The notes: generated from the sequence alone by a model not told the origin. A stretch of 64,000 nucleotides of DNA from Candidatus Bathyarchaeia archaeon (GCA_050010755.1 JBEKKK010000001.1:832001-896000); one strand, 5' to 3'. Shown: positions 49,144-59,755, numbered from the stretch's first letter. Numbers and translations are program-made.

Positions 49144-49169
49144 CTAGGAAGTCTGTTTGACTTTCCTAG
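49144..49169. promoter_or_regulatory. Inverted repeat in a divergent intergenic region
   Basis: CTAGGAAGTC-TGTTT-GACTTTCCTAG (10-bp arms with one bulge). Confidence 0.4.
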
Positions 49170-49375
49170 ACGGAACGGGATCTCGCCTTTGAGATGAATC
49201 GGTCCGCCAAGCCTGCACTCAACGCTGGGTTTCCCAGTTAAAAGGCTGGTTGCGAAAAGACGTTGGCTGAGGGGGGAGAGTCGAGTTAAAGTGTTCAGGC
49301 AGGAAACGGTTGCGCCAAAGATTATTTATGCCGTGGCGGAAGATAGGCTTGCCGTAACGTGTTGGGGTTGGAAGC

Positions 49376-50050
49376 TTGCGCATCATAGGCGTCAGTGGCA
49401 GTCCGAGGGCTGGAGTAAACACTGATATTATACTGTCCGAGGCTTTGGCCGCTGCGAAGGAGGAGGGTGCAGAGGTAGGTCTGATACGCATTTCGGACTA
49501 CAGTTTAGAGCCTTGCAGCGCTTGCCAGGCCTGTTTCACCAATAAGAAATGTGTCATCAACGACGACTGTGAGAAAATCTACCGGGAAATCCTCCGTGCC
49601 GATGGCGTAATACTGGGAAGTCCATCATATTTCCAGGCGGTGTCGGCTCAAATGAAGATTTTCATAGACAGAATTGGTTTCCTGGCCTTGGCGAGGGGAC
49701 GAAAAGATTTTGCGGGTAAAGTCGGCGGAGTCATCGCGGTCGCTCGCCGTTCAGGAGTTTCGAGCGCATGCAGTCAGATGTTGACGTTCTTGACGGCGGT
49801 CAGGATGGTGATTCCCAGCGGCGGAAGGGCCTTCGCCATTGCACGGCAAAAGGGTGAAGTTACACGAGACAAGGAGGGAATGGAAAGCGCAAGATACCTC
49901 GGAAAAATGATGGTAAAGACCGCGGCACTGACAAACCCGAGAGAGGGTGAAGTTACCTCTCGAACACGCAAGCTCAAAAAGCGGCGTCCTCATGTGTCTG
50001 GGGGCTCGAATCGAAGCAGTGCGCTGAAGCAGGGAGATACCAAAAGGTGA
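49376..50050 (+). CDS. Iron-sulfur flavoprotein (Isf)/multimeric flavodoxin
   Basis: SGSPR, CSACQACFTNKKC, LGSPSY and MKIFIDR motifs. Confidence 0.88.
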   Translation: MRIIGVSGSPRAGVNTDIILSEALAAAKEEGAEVGLIRISDYSLEPCSACQACFTNKKCVINDDCEKIYREILRADGVILGSPSYFQAVSAQMKIFIDRIGFLALARGRKDFAGKVGGVIAVARRSGVSSACSQMLTFLTAVRMVIPSGGRAFAIARQKGEVTRDKEGMESARYLGKMMVKTAALTNPREGEVTSRTRKLKKRRPHVSGGSNRSSALKQGDTKR

Positions 50051-50057
50051 AGAAGAC

Positions 50058-51008
50058 GTGACAAAGTTCTCTCGCGTTCTTGTTGCGGGTGGAGCGGGCT
50101 TCATAGGTAGTCACATCGCGGACAGACTCATCGATCAGGACGTAGAGGTCACCGTGTTGGACAACCTGTACGCTGGGCGTCTGGAAAATCTTGAAAACTG
50201 CAGTCGAAGCCGGAAATTTCGGTTTGTCCGGGGAGATGTTCGAAAGTTCAGCGTTGTTAAGCGTCTGGTGAAGGACGTGGACGCGGTGTTCAACGATGCT
50301 GCGGTGGTCAGCGTGCCTCGTTCTCTTGAAGAACCGCTCTTGGCAAATGAGGTGAACGTGGGCGGAACGTTAAACCTTCTCAAGGCATCGGTTGACTCAG
50401 GGGTGAAGCGCTACGTTCAGGCTTCGTCAGCCTCGGTTTACGGCAACACTGAGACGCTGCCTGTAGACGAAAGTCTGGCGGTCAACCCTCTTTCGCCATA
50501 CGCAGTTGCTGAGCTGGCCGCGGAAAATTATGCCAGAGTCTTCCATCGTGCGTACGGGCTTGAGACGGTTTGTCTGCGCTATTTCAACGTTTACGGGCCC
50601 AGACAAACCTTCAGTGCTTACAGCGGTGCCATCACGATATTCTTGAACAAGCTGTCAGGTGGCCAGCGTCCGGTGATTTTCGGGGATGGTGAGCAAACGC
50701 GAGACTTCGTGTACGTTGAGGATGTCGTCGAGGCAAACATGTTGGCAATGAACTCTGCGAAGGGGGTTGGCGAAGCGATAAACATTGGGACTGGCGTTCC
50801 TCATACGATAAATGAGCTCGTTCAAAGACTTCAGGAAAAACTGGACAAAAAACGGTTGAAGCCCATCTACAAAAGTCCCAGACAGGGAGATGTGAGAAAC
50901 AGTTACGCTTCTATAGAAAAAGCCAAGAGAATGCTCGGATACAAACCGAAATTCTCTCTACAAGAAGGCATAAACAAGCTGATCGAATGGTTCCAGCGCG
51001 TGCATTAG
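50058..51008 (+). CDS. NAD-dependent epimerase/dehydratase (extended SDR) with YxxxE in place of YxxxK
   Basis: GGAGFIGSH, SSASVYG, SPYAVAE and LRYFNVYGPRQ motifs. Confidence 0.88.
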   Translation: MTKFSRVLVAGGAGFIGSHIADRLIDQDVEVTVLDNLYAGRLENLENCSRSRKFRFVRGDVRKFSVVKRLVKDVDAVFNDAAVVSVPRSLEEPLLANEVNVGGTLNLLKASVDSGVKRYVQASSASVYGNTETLPVDESLAVNPLSPYAVAELAAENYARVFHRAYGLETVCLRYFNVYGPRQTFSAYSGAITIFLNKLSGGQRPVIFGDGEQTRDFVYVEDVVEANMLAMNSAKGVGEAINIGTGVPHTINELVQRLQEKLDKKRLKPIYKSPRQGDVRNSYASIEKAKRMLGYKPKFSLQEGINKLIEWFQRVH

Positions 51009-51027
51009 CCTCTTTCATTGTGAACGG

Positions 51028-51121
51028 TGCCCCTCGGCTTTCTTTGTTTGCGTCTGATGTAATGCTGCTGTGTAATGTAACGGCGTAAAATGCGATGTTG
51101 CGTTTCGACCCCTGCTCTGCG
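51028..51121 (-). repeat. Dispersed ~94-bp intergenic element, copy 2
   Basis: Reverse complement aligns with 18299-18392. Confidence 0.6.
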
Positions 51122-51211
51122 ATATAGGCCCGCGCGTCTTTTTCAAGATGTGTTCTGTTCGGTTGTTAATGCTTAAATATATGGGGTATGTTTTTCACAA
51201 GGGGATGTAAA

Positions 51212-51745
51212 ATGCACGCAAAGAATTACAGGCCTGTCAAGGGACAGAATTACACTCGGAAGAAGTTTGTGAGGGGCTTTCCGCAGCCGAAGATAACGAA
51301 GTTCACTATGGGAGATACGAAAGCCAAGTTTGAGTATGAGGCCAGACTGGTGTCTTTGCAGAGCGCGCAGATTCGTCACAACGCTCTGGAAGCGGCGCGG
51401 ATTGCGACAAACCGTCAGCTGTTGGAAAAGCTCGTGAACAATTACCAGCTGCAGGTTTGCCCTTATCCTCACACGATTCTGAGGGAGAACAAGATGATTT
51501 TCGGGGCTCACGCAGATCGTCTTCAACAGGGTATGCGCAGATCCTTCGGAACACCCATTGGAACTGCTGCCCGTGTGAGGCCTGAGCAGACGATAATAAG
51601 CGTCCGTGTTAACGCAGATGCAGTTGAGCTTGCTAGAGCGTCCCTGAAACGCGGCGCGGCAAAGCTTCCGATGCCTTGTAGGATAGTGGTTGAAAAGACT
51701 CCACCACCAGCGTCTAAGCCGGAAGAGGTGAGCCCTGTTGAGTGA
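51212..51745 (+). CDS. rpl10e: 50S ribosomal protein L10e (uL16)
   Basis: QIRHNALEAARI, YPHTILRENKM, ADRLQQGMRRSFGTP and KLP motifs. Confidence 0.95.
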   Translation: MHAKNYRPVKGQNYTRKKFVRGFPQPKITKFTMGDTKAKFEYEARLVSLQSAQIRHNALEAARIATNRQLLEKLVNNYQLQVCPYPHTILRENKMIFGAHADRLQQGMRRSFGTPIGTAARVRPEQTIISVRVNADAVELARASLKRGAAKLPMPCRIVVEKTPPPASKPEEVSPVE

Positions 51746-54194
51746 AATGCGCGAGGACTTGGTAATCTGGTTTGAGGATTTGAGGAGAACAGACATTCCC
51801 TCCGTCGGAGGCAAGAACGCGAACTTGGGCGAAATGACGTATGCCCATCTGCCGGTTCCGCCGGGCTTCGCGATAACAGCTTACTCCTACAAGAAATTCA
51901 TCGAAGGAACGGGTATAGCAACCAAAATCTACGATATCATAAACGAGACGATGACCAACCCAGACGATCCCAAGCAGGGTGAACTCGCCTCCAAGAAAAT
52001 CCGCAAACTGATAGAGTCCACACGCATGCCCAAGGACATCGAGAAGGCCATAAGATCGGCCTACGACGAACTGTGCAAGAAACTCAAGATGAAAGACGTC
52101 TTCGTCGCCGTCAGATCAAGCGCGACGGCCGAAGACTTGGCCGACGCTTCCTTCGCCGGGCAGCAGGAAACGTTCCTGAACATCAGGGGCGGTGACGCTG
52201 TAATCGCTAATACGACGAAGTGCTGGTCCAGCCTCTTCACGCCGCGCGCCATCTTTTATCGAAACGAGAAGGGTTTCGCTCACGAGAAGGTTTTCATCAG
52301 TGTCGGAGTCCAAAAAATGGTAAACTCCAAGGCCGCGGGCGTCATGTTCACGTTGAACCCTGTCACGGGTGACACGACGAAAATAGTCATCGATGGCAAC
52401 TGGGGCCTAGGCGAAGCAGTTGTATCGGGATCAGTCACGCCTGACGACTTTGTGGTCGACAAAGAATCGTTGAAGGTTACTGAGAAAATGTTGGCTCACA
52501 AAACCGTCGAGTACATACGTGATCCCAAGACGGGAGAGACGATTCACGCTGAAGTGCCTAGGGAAAAGCAGGATATGCCGTGCTTGACTGACGAGGAAGT
52601 TCAAAAACTCGCAGAACTTGCCAAACGTATCGAGAGTCATTATGGAAAGCCTCAGGACATCGAATGGGCAATTGACGGGGATATACACTACGCAAACAAC
52701 GTCTTCATAGTTCAGTCGAGGCCGGAAACAGTCTGGTCTGCAAAGATGGGCCAAGCGCCGGCAGGGGGCGAGGCGGAAGAAACCAAGAAAGCCGAAGCGT
52801 TGAAGGTGGTCGTCAAAGGAATCGCCGCAGGCAAACGAGGCTTCGGCGCAGGCACGGCGAAAATCGTTGCAACAACTGAGGAAGCGGCCAAAGTCATGCA
52901 GAAAGGTGACATTCTCGTCACGGAAATGACCAACCCTGACTACGTGCCCTTCATGAAGCTGGCAGGAGCGATAGTGACTGACAAGGGCGGAGTAACGTGC
53001 CACGCGGCAATAGTGAGCCGCGAACTGGGCATACCATGCGTTGTCGGAACAGAAAACGCCACAAAACTTATGAAAACTGGAAAACAGTACACGGTAGACT
53101 CGCGAAGCGGCGTCGTGTACGAGGGAATAATGGAAGCGCTGACAGAACAATTATCATCAGCCGCAGGAACAGCTGCGGGCCTAACAGCGATGGGTACAGG
53201 CGTGTTCCAGTCGGTGCCTGTAACGGCTACGAAGATTTACATGAACTTGGGAGTACCTGAAAAAGTGGGCGAGTACAAGGACCTGCCCTTCGAGGGCATA
53301 GGGCTGATGCGCATCGAATTCATTTTGGCCAGCTACATCGGCGAACACCCGATGCGTTTCGTTGAAACAGGAGAAAGCCAAAAGTTCGTCGACAAGCTCG
53401 CGGAAGGAATTGCAACCGTTGCTAGAGGAATAATGCCGCGTCCGGTTGTGGTGCGCTTCAGCGACTTCAAGACAAACGAGTACCGAGACCTGAAGGGCGG
53501 AGAAAAATATGAAATCGTGGAAGCCAACCCGATGCTCGGATGGAGAGGCTGCAGCCGCTACATAAGCCAATGGTACGAGAAAGCCTACAGGCTTGAATGC
53601 CAAGCCATCATGAAATGTCGAAAGGAATGGGGCCTCAAGAACGTGTGGGCCATGCTTCCAGTCGTTCGCACCCTGTGGGAAGCAAAAGCGGTGCTGGAAA
53701 TCATGCGCCAAGAAGGCCTGGAGAGATCGAAAGACTTCAAAGTGTGGTTCATGGCTGAAACGCCCTCAATTGCCATACTCGCTGACGAATTCTCAAAGCT
53801 TGCAGACGGGTTCTCGATAGGCTCAAACGACATGACTCAAGGAATACTCATGATTGACAGAGACTCAGAACGCCTAGGGCTGATGGGATACTTCGACGAA
53901 AGGGACCCAGCCGTCAAAAGAATAATCGCGCACCTCATCAGAGTCGCCCATGAAAACGGCGCAACAGTTTCTATATGTGGAGAAGGCCCGTCAAACCTGC
54001 CGGACTTTGCAGAGTTCTTGGTGAGGATGGGAATAGACAGCATTTCAGTGAACAACGACGCAGTCATAGCCACGAAGAAACTGGTCGCCAGCGTTGAACA
54101 GAAACTAATTCTGGAAAGGCTCGCCGAACAAGAAGTAAGAGCCCTCGGGCATCCAATTGTGAAACCGAAACAAGATTGGGAATGGACAGAATAG
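51738..54194 (+). CDS. ppsA: Phosphoenolpyruvate synthase
   Basis: VGGKNANLGE, AVRSSATAED, SFAGQQ, TCHAAIVSRELG and SIGSND motifs. Confidence 0.95.
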   Translation: MSEMREDLVIWFEDLRRTDIPSVGGKNANLGEMTYAHLPVPPGFAITAYSYKKFIEGTGIATKIYDIINETMTNPDDPKQGELASKKIRKLIESTRMPKDIEKAIRSAYDELCKKLKMKDVFVAVRSSATAEDLADASFAGQQETFLNIRGGDAVIANTTKCWSSLFTPRAIFYRNEKGFAHEKVFISVGVQKMVNSKAAGVMFTLNPVTGDTTKIVIDGNWGLGEAVVSGSVTPDDFVVDKESLKVTEKMLAHKTVEYIRDPKTGETIHAEVPREKQDMPCLTDEEVQKLAELAKRIESHYGKPQDIEWAIDGDIHYANNVFIVQSRPETVWSAKMGQAPAGGEAEETKKAEALKVVVKGIAAGKRGFGAGTAKIVATTEEAAKVMQKGDILVTEMTNPDYVPFMKLAGAIVTDKGGVTCHAAIVSRELGIPCVVGTENATKLMKTGKQYTVDSRSGVVYEGIMEALTEQLSSAAGTAAGLTAMGTGVFQSVPVTATKIYMNLGVPEKVGEYKDLPFEGIGLMRIEFILASYIGEHPMRFVETGESQKFVDKLAEGIATVARGIMPRPVVVRFSDFKTNEYRDLKGGEKYEIVEANPMLGWRGCSRYISQWYEKAYRLECQAIMKCRKEWGLKNVWAMLPVVRTLWEAKAVLEIMRQEGLERSKDFKVWFMAETPSIAILADEFSKLADGFSIGSNDMTQGILMIDRDSERLGLMGYFDERDPAVKRIIAHLIRVAHENGATVSICGEGPSNLPDFAEFLVRMGIDSISVNNDAVIATKKLVASVEQKLILERLAEQEVRALGHPIVKPKQDWEWTE

Positions 54195-54265
54195 ACCACG
54201 CACAAGCACCCTTTTCTTTCTGAACCCAGATTTCATTTTCCGCAATCTTTGCTGAAGGGTCGAGA

Positions 54266-55267
54266 ATGAAACAATTCGATTTTGAAGAGGAAAGAGTTAA
54301 ACAGGAAATCCTTAAACTCGGAGCAAAACGCGTCCTAATTCAGTTCCCGGAAGGCCTGAAACCCGAAGCGCCACGCATAGCGAAAACCATTGAAAAGCTC
54401 GGAGTTCTCCCGATAATCTCCGCAGACCCGTGCTACGGCGCCTGCGATCTTGCAACAGCAGACGCTGAACACCTGGGAGTAGACTTGGTAATCCATTACG
54501 GCCACTCTAAACTGGTGAAGTACGAACGGTTCCCAACGATTTACGTCGAAGCCAGAGCGACACTGAACGTTCCTTCGGTCGTCGAAAAAGCGTTGCCGAT
54601 GCTCGAAAAATGGCGAAAAATAGGCCTAGCCACGACGGTTCAACACGTGCAAACCCTCGACGAAGTCAGAGAGATTCTAACCCGTCACGGAAAAATCGTT
54701 GTGATAGGCGACACTGGACGCCTGGGATATCCCGGCCAAGTCATCGGATGTGACTACAGCAACGCGGTTTCGATCGTGAAGGATGTTGAAGCCTTCCTCT
54801 TCGTCGGCGGCGGACAATTTCACGCCTTAGGCGTAGCCCTTTCAACTTCGAAACCCACAATAGTCGTAGATCCTTACGACAACACAGCCGCCTCCGTTGA
54901 CAAAGAAGCCGAAACAATATTGAAACAAAGATGGGCACACGTGCAAGAAGCAAAAAAAGCGAAGGTCTTCGCGGTTCTGATCGGGCTGAAACCAGGACAA
55001 AAGAGACTCGAAGAAGCACTGCAACTGAAGGAGAAACTCGAAAAAGAAGGAAAGACAGCACATCTTTTCGCCATGAAAGAAATCACGCCTGAAGCCCTCA
55101 TGGAATTTCCTTCGATTGAAGCCTTTGTAAACACAGCCTGCCCCAGAATATCGCTTGACGATTCTGCCAGATTCAGAAAGCCCATCCTCACCATCAACGA
55201 AACACTAGTAACCATTGGCAAAATGACCTGGGAAGACCTATGCAGAAAAGGCTTGCTCGAAAGCTAG
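54266..55267 (+). CDS. dph2: Diphthamide biosynthesis enzyme Dph2
   Basis: QFPEGLK, CYGACD, HYGHS, QVIGC and TACPR (three Fe-S Cys). Confidence 0.93.
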   Translation: MKQFDFEEERVKQEILKLGAKRVLIQFPEGLKPEAPRIAKTIEKLGVLPIISADPCYGACDLATADAEHLGVDLVIHYGHSKLVKYERFPTIYVEARATLNVPSVVEKALPMLEKWRKIGLATTVQHVQTLDEVREILTRHGKIVVIGDTGRLGYPGQVIGCDYSNAVSIVKDVEAFLFVGGGQFHALGVALSTSKPTIVVDPYDNTAASVDKEAETILKQRWAHVQEAKKAKVFAVLIGLKPGQKRLEEALQLKEKLEKEGKTAHLFAMKEITPEALMEFPSIEAFVNTACPRISLDDSARFRKPILTINETLVTIGKMTWEDLCRKGLLES

Positions 55268-55926
55268 ATTTAGAAATCTTGCTTTCAAACATCAAGCCAC
55301 ACCCGACGCCAAACCCAAACCTCGAACAATACACGATTTCCTCCAGCATTGCAGCTCAAATGCTCTACACAGCAGCCTACACGTACGGTGACATCGTGGA
55401 CAAAACCGTTCTGGACCTAGGCTGCGGCACCGGAAGACTCGCCCTTGGAGCCGCGTTTCTAGGCGCAAAAGAAGTTGTAGGCGTAGACATAGACCGAACG
55501 GCTGTGAAAGCTGCCGCTGAAAACTCTGCGAACATAAGACTGAAAGATAAGGTTCAATGGGTCACCGCGGACATAGACGCCGTCTGCGGGCAATTCGACA
55601 CGGTGCTTCAAAACCCACCGTTCGGCGTGCAAAAAAGAGGCGCAGATCGCAAATTTCTTGAAAAAGCGCTCAAGTCAGGCAAAACCGTCTACTCGCTCCA
55701 CAAAGGCACAAAAAGCAACGACACGTTGACGAAAAAACCAAAAGGCCGCAGGGATGACGCCCTTCGATTTTCCCCCTCGCCCTTTCTCAGAAGTCTCATA
55801 GAGAGCCATGGCGGAACGATTAGAGCCGTTTACCCAATGATCATGACTATACCCCACATGTTCGCCTTTCACGAAAGACGAAGACACGAGTTCGTGGTGT
55901 ATCTCTATGTCATAGAAAAGAGATGA
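55240..55926 (+). CDS. METTL5-family RNA m6A methyltransferase
   Basis: LEQYT, DLGCGTG, NPPFG and VYSLHK motifs. Confidence 0.9.
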   Translation: MQKRLARKLDLEILLSNIKPHPTPNPNLEQYTISSSIAAQMLYTAAYTYGDIVDKTVLDLGCGTGRLALGAAFLGAKEVVGVDIDRTAVKAAAENSANIRLKDKVQWVTADIDAVCGQFDTVLQNPPFGVQKRGADRKFLEKALKSGKTVYSLHKGTKSNDTLTKKPKGRRDDALRFSPSPFLRSLIESHGGTIRAVYPMIMTIPHMFAFHERRRHEFVVYLYVIEKR

Positions 55927-56001
55927 AAAAAAACAACGGAGAGCATGCCGCGTGCGCTGAATTGTTCACAAGGTTCCCTTTCTTCCAGGGATCGGGCGAT
56001 G

Positions 56002-56352
56002 TCACTTAGAAGGTGGAATCCTCTCTTTTTCGCTTTCTCCCCCAAATACCGCTACTTTTCCGCCCTTTCTCGATGCAGTAGTTCTGAGTTGTTCATCCCT
56101 CTTTTTCTGTTCTTCATTAACCTTTCTCGATTCCTTGTCAACATTCTTTTGCAAACGCTTGAATTGGGAAAACCTCTCTTCCGTCAATCTTCTGAGTCTG
56201 TCTATCATTCTGAGATGGTCAAGCTCCCTAGCGCAAGAAGCTTCGTGTTTTAGCCAATGGAAGATTGGTGCGACTTCAGGCCACTTAGGGTTTGTTTTTT
56301 GGAAAATCTTGCCAAATCTCTTGATGAAATTCTCCTGAATCTCATCAGTCAT
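56002..56352 (-). CDS. Hypothetical protein
   Basis: 116-aa ORF with an upstream GGGGAG and a charged helical composition. Confidence 0.5.
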   Translation of the reverse strand: MTDEIQENFIKRFGKIFQKTNPKWPEVAPIFHWLKHEASCARELDHLRMIDRLRRLTEERFSQFKRLQKNVDKESRKVNEEQKKRDEQLRTTASRKGGKVAVFGGESEKERIPPSK

Positions 56353-56604
56353 GTAACAGATCTCCCCTTTGCTTGTTGAGACAACACTGAGTTTTGCTCT
56401 GTTTATTTTCTAATTGACGTGCACCCGAGCATGCACTCTAGCTGGTGTTGATAAAAGACGCAGCCTCTGAGGTTAAAAGGAGTTTGTTAATGCAACCTCT
56501 TAGATGAGTACAGAGAGTCCAGAGTTAAAGTGAAAGCGCCCGCTTTTGTTCGGAGCCTCAGCGTGCTTTTGGGATCGTACTGTTCTATTTGTTGCTGTTG
56601 GTTC

Positions 56605-57924
56605 TCAGGGTTGCTTATGTTTTTTCTTGAAGGTTTGGATAGCTGCCACAATGATAATCGCGGCGGTTAATTCTAGAGCGGTGATGGCTACGGGGAAGAC
56701 TAGCGGAACTGTTTGGGATGGCAGGGGCGACGTTACGGTTAATGCGTCAACTCTGTAGGCGTAGTAGCCGACTGGAAAAGTGAAGGTTCTCACTATTTGG
56801 CCCGTCGTGTTCACTTCTACAAACACGGCGCCTGTGTCGTTGAAGTTCCAAGGTTGTTTTTGCGAATATTGGTGCGTTGGATCACCGAAGTCCCCTAGGA
56901 AGTCGCCGTTTGGAAGTATGACGGTGGCGCCTCCGTATGTAGTCCAGTATTGCGCTGGGGCTTCCCAACTCCAGTTAACGTACCCGGTCATGTTTGTCTC
57001 GTTAAGTGTGAGTTCTATCAGACTGCTGTGGCAGTCAGCAGGGTTGGTGTTGTTTTCATAATCATTGTTAAACATGGTGAACACGTCGGGCGCGGCTTGT
57101 TTGAGGTCGTGGCTGTGATACCATAAACTGGAAACCTGTTGACCATCAGCACCGAGGAGGGTAAAGTTGCCGAATTCGCCGCAGGCCCATATTATGTCGC
57201 CGGTGGTTTGGTTGATTTTGTAGAAAGTGTTTGTGCTTCTTAGGTTTAGGTAGATGATGCTGTCGTTGTAGTCCCAGTCCAGAGTGTTTGCGTGAGTGAA
57301 ATCTATCACTGTTAGCCCGTTGATTGAAGATGTCTCGTTGAACGGGGAGGCTTCGCTTAGCGGAATATAGTCGTAGGTGTCCCAGGTCCACAACGCGTTA
57401 CCTGCTGCGTCAACCTGCACAATCTTGTCGTAGAGAATGGAGTTGTTTCCCACCGTCCTGACGTAGTCTTGCAGCGTGAGAAAGGTATTGTTGAGTGGAT
57501 CATATTGGATGTCATGGTGACTGATGACGGTGGGGAAGTCTTCAGTCGTGTTTGTGGCCAAGTTCCATACGTGTGTGGCGTAAGTGGGAGCCGTGCCAGC
57601 TCCGTCCACGTAGGGTTCGCCCTGGAACAGCAGAGTGTTGTTTGCGATGTTGTAAACGGCGTTGTAGCCGTTGGATTCACGCAAGTTCAGAACGCTGCCG
57701 TTAGTGTCCATGACCACTAGATAATTGCTGTTATTTGGTCCCGATAGAGGAAAAGTTAACTCTCCACTCCAAGCGTTTCCGTACGTGTCAATAGTACACG
57801 GCAAAGTGAAAACATTGGCCGTTTCGGAAAAACACGTTGGCGTATAACCTGAAAAAACAAGACACACCGCAACCGCTACGACAACCATCATCCTTGTTCT
57901 TTGCTTCTTTGCAAAAAAAGCCAA
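56605..57924 (-). CDS. Arylsulfotransferase (ASST)-like beta-propeller with signal peptide and C-terminal TM
   Basis: SHHDI, DFTHANT, WYHSHD and AYR motifs. Confidence 0.8.
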   Translation of the reverse strand: MAFFAKKQRTRMMVVVAVAVCLVFSGYTPTCFSETANVFTLPCTIDTYGNAWSGELTFPLSGPNNSNYLVVMDTNGSVLNLRESNGYNAVYNIANNTLLFQGEPYVDGAGTAPTYATHVWNLATNTTEDFPTVISHHDIQYDPLNNTFLTLQDYVRTVGNNSILYDKIVQVDAAGNALWTWDTYDYIPLSEASPFNETSSINGLTVIDFTHANTLDWDYNDSIIYLNLRSTNTFYKINQTTGDIIWACGEFGNFTLLGADGQQVSSLWYHSHDLKQAAPDVFTMFNNDYENNTNPADCHSSLIELTLNETNMTGYVNWSWEAPAQYWTTYGGATVILPNGDFLGDFGDPTHQYSQKQPWNFNDTGAVFVEVNTTGQIVRTFTFPVGYYAYRVDALTVTSPLPSQTVPLVFPVAITALELTAAIIIVAAIQTFKKKHKQP

Positions 57925-58175
57925 GCAAATGACGCCTCTTCTAACACTACATCAGCTTGTTTTCGCCCAGCAAGCAAATTTACAATCCCGACCTCAACTC
58001 TCTTAAACTTATTGTCTATTTGCAGCGCGTGTAAGTAGCGCGCGCTTTTCTTGTTTATTGAGCCGAGGGCGATGATCAAGCGCATAGTATGGCGCGCGCT
58101 CGATTGATCGCTCACTTCGTCTGAGCAAAGTCTTAATCAATCGGCTTCATAAACAGGTTAGCAGGCGAATAGGAG

Positions 58176-59528
58176 ATGCCGGCGAAGCTGCTTAGAGGAG
58201 TCGAAGAGGAAGTCACCAGTTTTCTGAGCGGATTAATCCGCATAAACACGACGAACCCTCCTGGAAATGAAACTGCCGCCGCGAAATACGTTGCAGAAAC
58301 ACTGGAACAGGATGGTTTCAGATGCGAATTGTTGGAGTCTCAGGCGGGAAGAGGCAGCGTTGTAACTCGGCTAAAGGGAGAAGGTGGGAAGCCGAGTCTA
58401 CTTTTGCTCTCGCATTTGGACGTCGTCGCCGCAAACGCGAAGGAATGGAGCGTTGAGCCCTTCGGCGGCCTGGTCAAGAATGGGTTTGTTTGGGGCCGGG
58501 GCGCGTTGGACATGAAGGGGATGACGGCTGTCGAGGTTATGGTGTTGAAGCTTCTCAAAAGAAACAAAGTCAAACTCAAGGGCGATGTCATTTTGGTCGC
58601 AACGGCCGACGAGGAAAAGGGCGGCGATAAGGGTGCAGGTTGGCTTGTTCATAACCATCCAGACAAGGTGTACGCTGATTACGTTTTGAACGAAGGTGCA
58701 GGGATGGCTATGAAAATCGATGGAAAGAACATCTTCACCATAAACACTGCCGAGAAGGGCATACTGTGGTTCAAGGTTAAGGCAGGTGGAACGCCAGGCC
58801 ACGGTTCGGTCCCTGGCGCTGCAGACAACGCCATCTTGCGTATGAACAAGGTCGTTGAGAAAATAAGTAGCTTCCAGCCCAAAACCTTGCTTGTTCCAAC
58901 CGTCAAACAGTACGTCAGTGAGCTGTCAAAGTGCAAGAGCTTCCAATATCTTTCAGCCTTGCTCAAAACCCCGAATCAGGGTGATAAGATATTGGACAAG
59001 CTGGCTCAAAAGGAAAAATACCTGGCGGAAGAGCTTCGGGCCAGAATCAGAATGACGGTCACGCCTACCATCATCCATGGCGGAGTGAAGGAGAACATAA
59101 TACCATCGGAATGTGAAGCAGTTTTTGACTGTCGAGTTCTGCCCGGTCAAACACCCGGAGAAGCCCTGAGCGAAATAAAAAAGCTCTTGGGGGATGCAGG
59201 CATGGATAAGTTGAGCTTCGAAGTTATTCAGGCGAACGACCCCACCGAGTCGCCGCTGAACACTCCACTCTACGACACGATCTTGAGGGTCTTGAAAGAG
59301 TTTGAACCCAACAGCGGCTCGATCCCTGTCATGCTTACCGGGGGAACGGATTCCCGTTTCTTCCGAAAGATTGGCAGTGTATGCTACGGTTTTCACCCTG
59401 TTCGACCAGAAACATCGTACTCGGAAATGCAGCAGACCATTCACGGAATAAACGAGCGCATATCAACAGAGAACCTTGTATTCGGGACAAGCGTCCTCTA
59501 TAATATCGTCGAGCGATTCCTGACCTGA
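58176..59528 (+). CDS. M20/M25/M40 family metallopeptidase
   Basis: SHLDVV, GRGALDMK, ADEE, NEG, GGTD and HGINER motifs. Confidence 0.93.
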   Translation: MPAKLLRGVEEEVTSFLSGLIRINTTNPPGNETAAAKYVAETLEQDGFRCELLESQAGRGSVVTRLKGEGGKPSLLLLSHLDVVAANAKEWSVEPFGGLVKNGFVWGRGALDMKGMTAVEVMVLKLLKRNKVKLKGDVILVATADEEKGGDKGAGWLVHNHPDKVYADYVLNEGAGMAMKIDGKNIFTINTAEKGILWFKVKAGGTPGHGSVPGAADNAILRMNKVVEKISSFQPKTLLVPTVKQYVSELSKCKSFQYLSALLKTPNQGDKILDKLAQKEKYLAEELRARIRMTVTPTIIHGGVKENIIPSECEAVFDCRVLPGQTPGEALSEIKKLLGDAGMDKLSFEVIQANDPTESPLNTPLYDTILRVLKEFEPNSGSIPVMLTGGTDSRFFRKIGSVCYGFHPVRPETSYSEMQQTIHGINERISTENLVFGTSVLYNIVERFLT

Positions 59529-59755
59529 AACGGCAATTTGAGTCTCAAAACGCCTGAATTTAGCATTCTAACACGGGTTCCAGAACCCAGACACCGTCTG
59601 CGACAAAGCGCGGGGCACGAGACTTTGTTCTGTCGTGTTCTATCCTTAAACTTTTATCAAAAGGTTTATTCATAGGCGCATAAAGTAGAGTTATAAACAT
59701 TCAGTTAATGCGACAGACATCTGACGCGAACGTGACAGACAGAGGGAGATTTGAA

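Noticed and set aside
34693-51000. Integrated island at tRNA-Arg
   Set aside because: Accessory-looking genes follow the tRNA, but I found no duplicate of the tRNA 3' end and no integrase.
58072-58124. C/D box sRNA (ATGATCA...CTGA)
   Set aside because: Box C is imperfect, the guide spacing is atypical and no target was identified.
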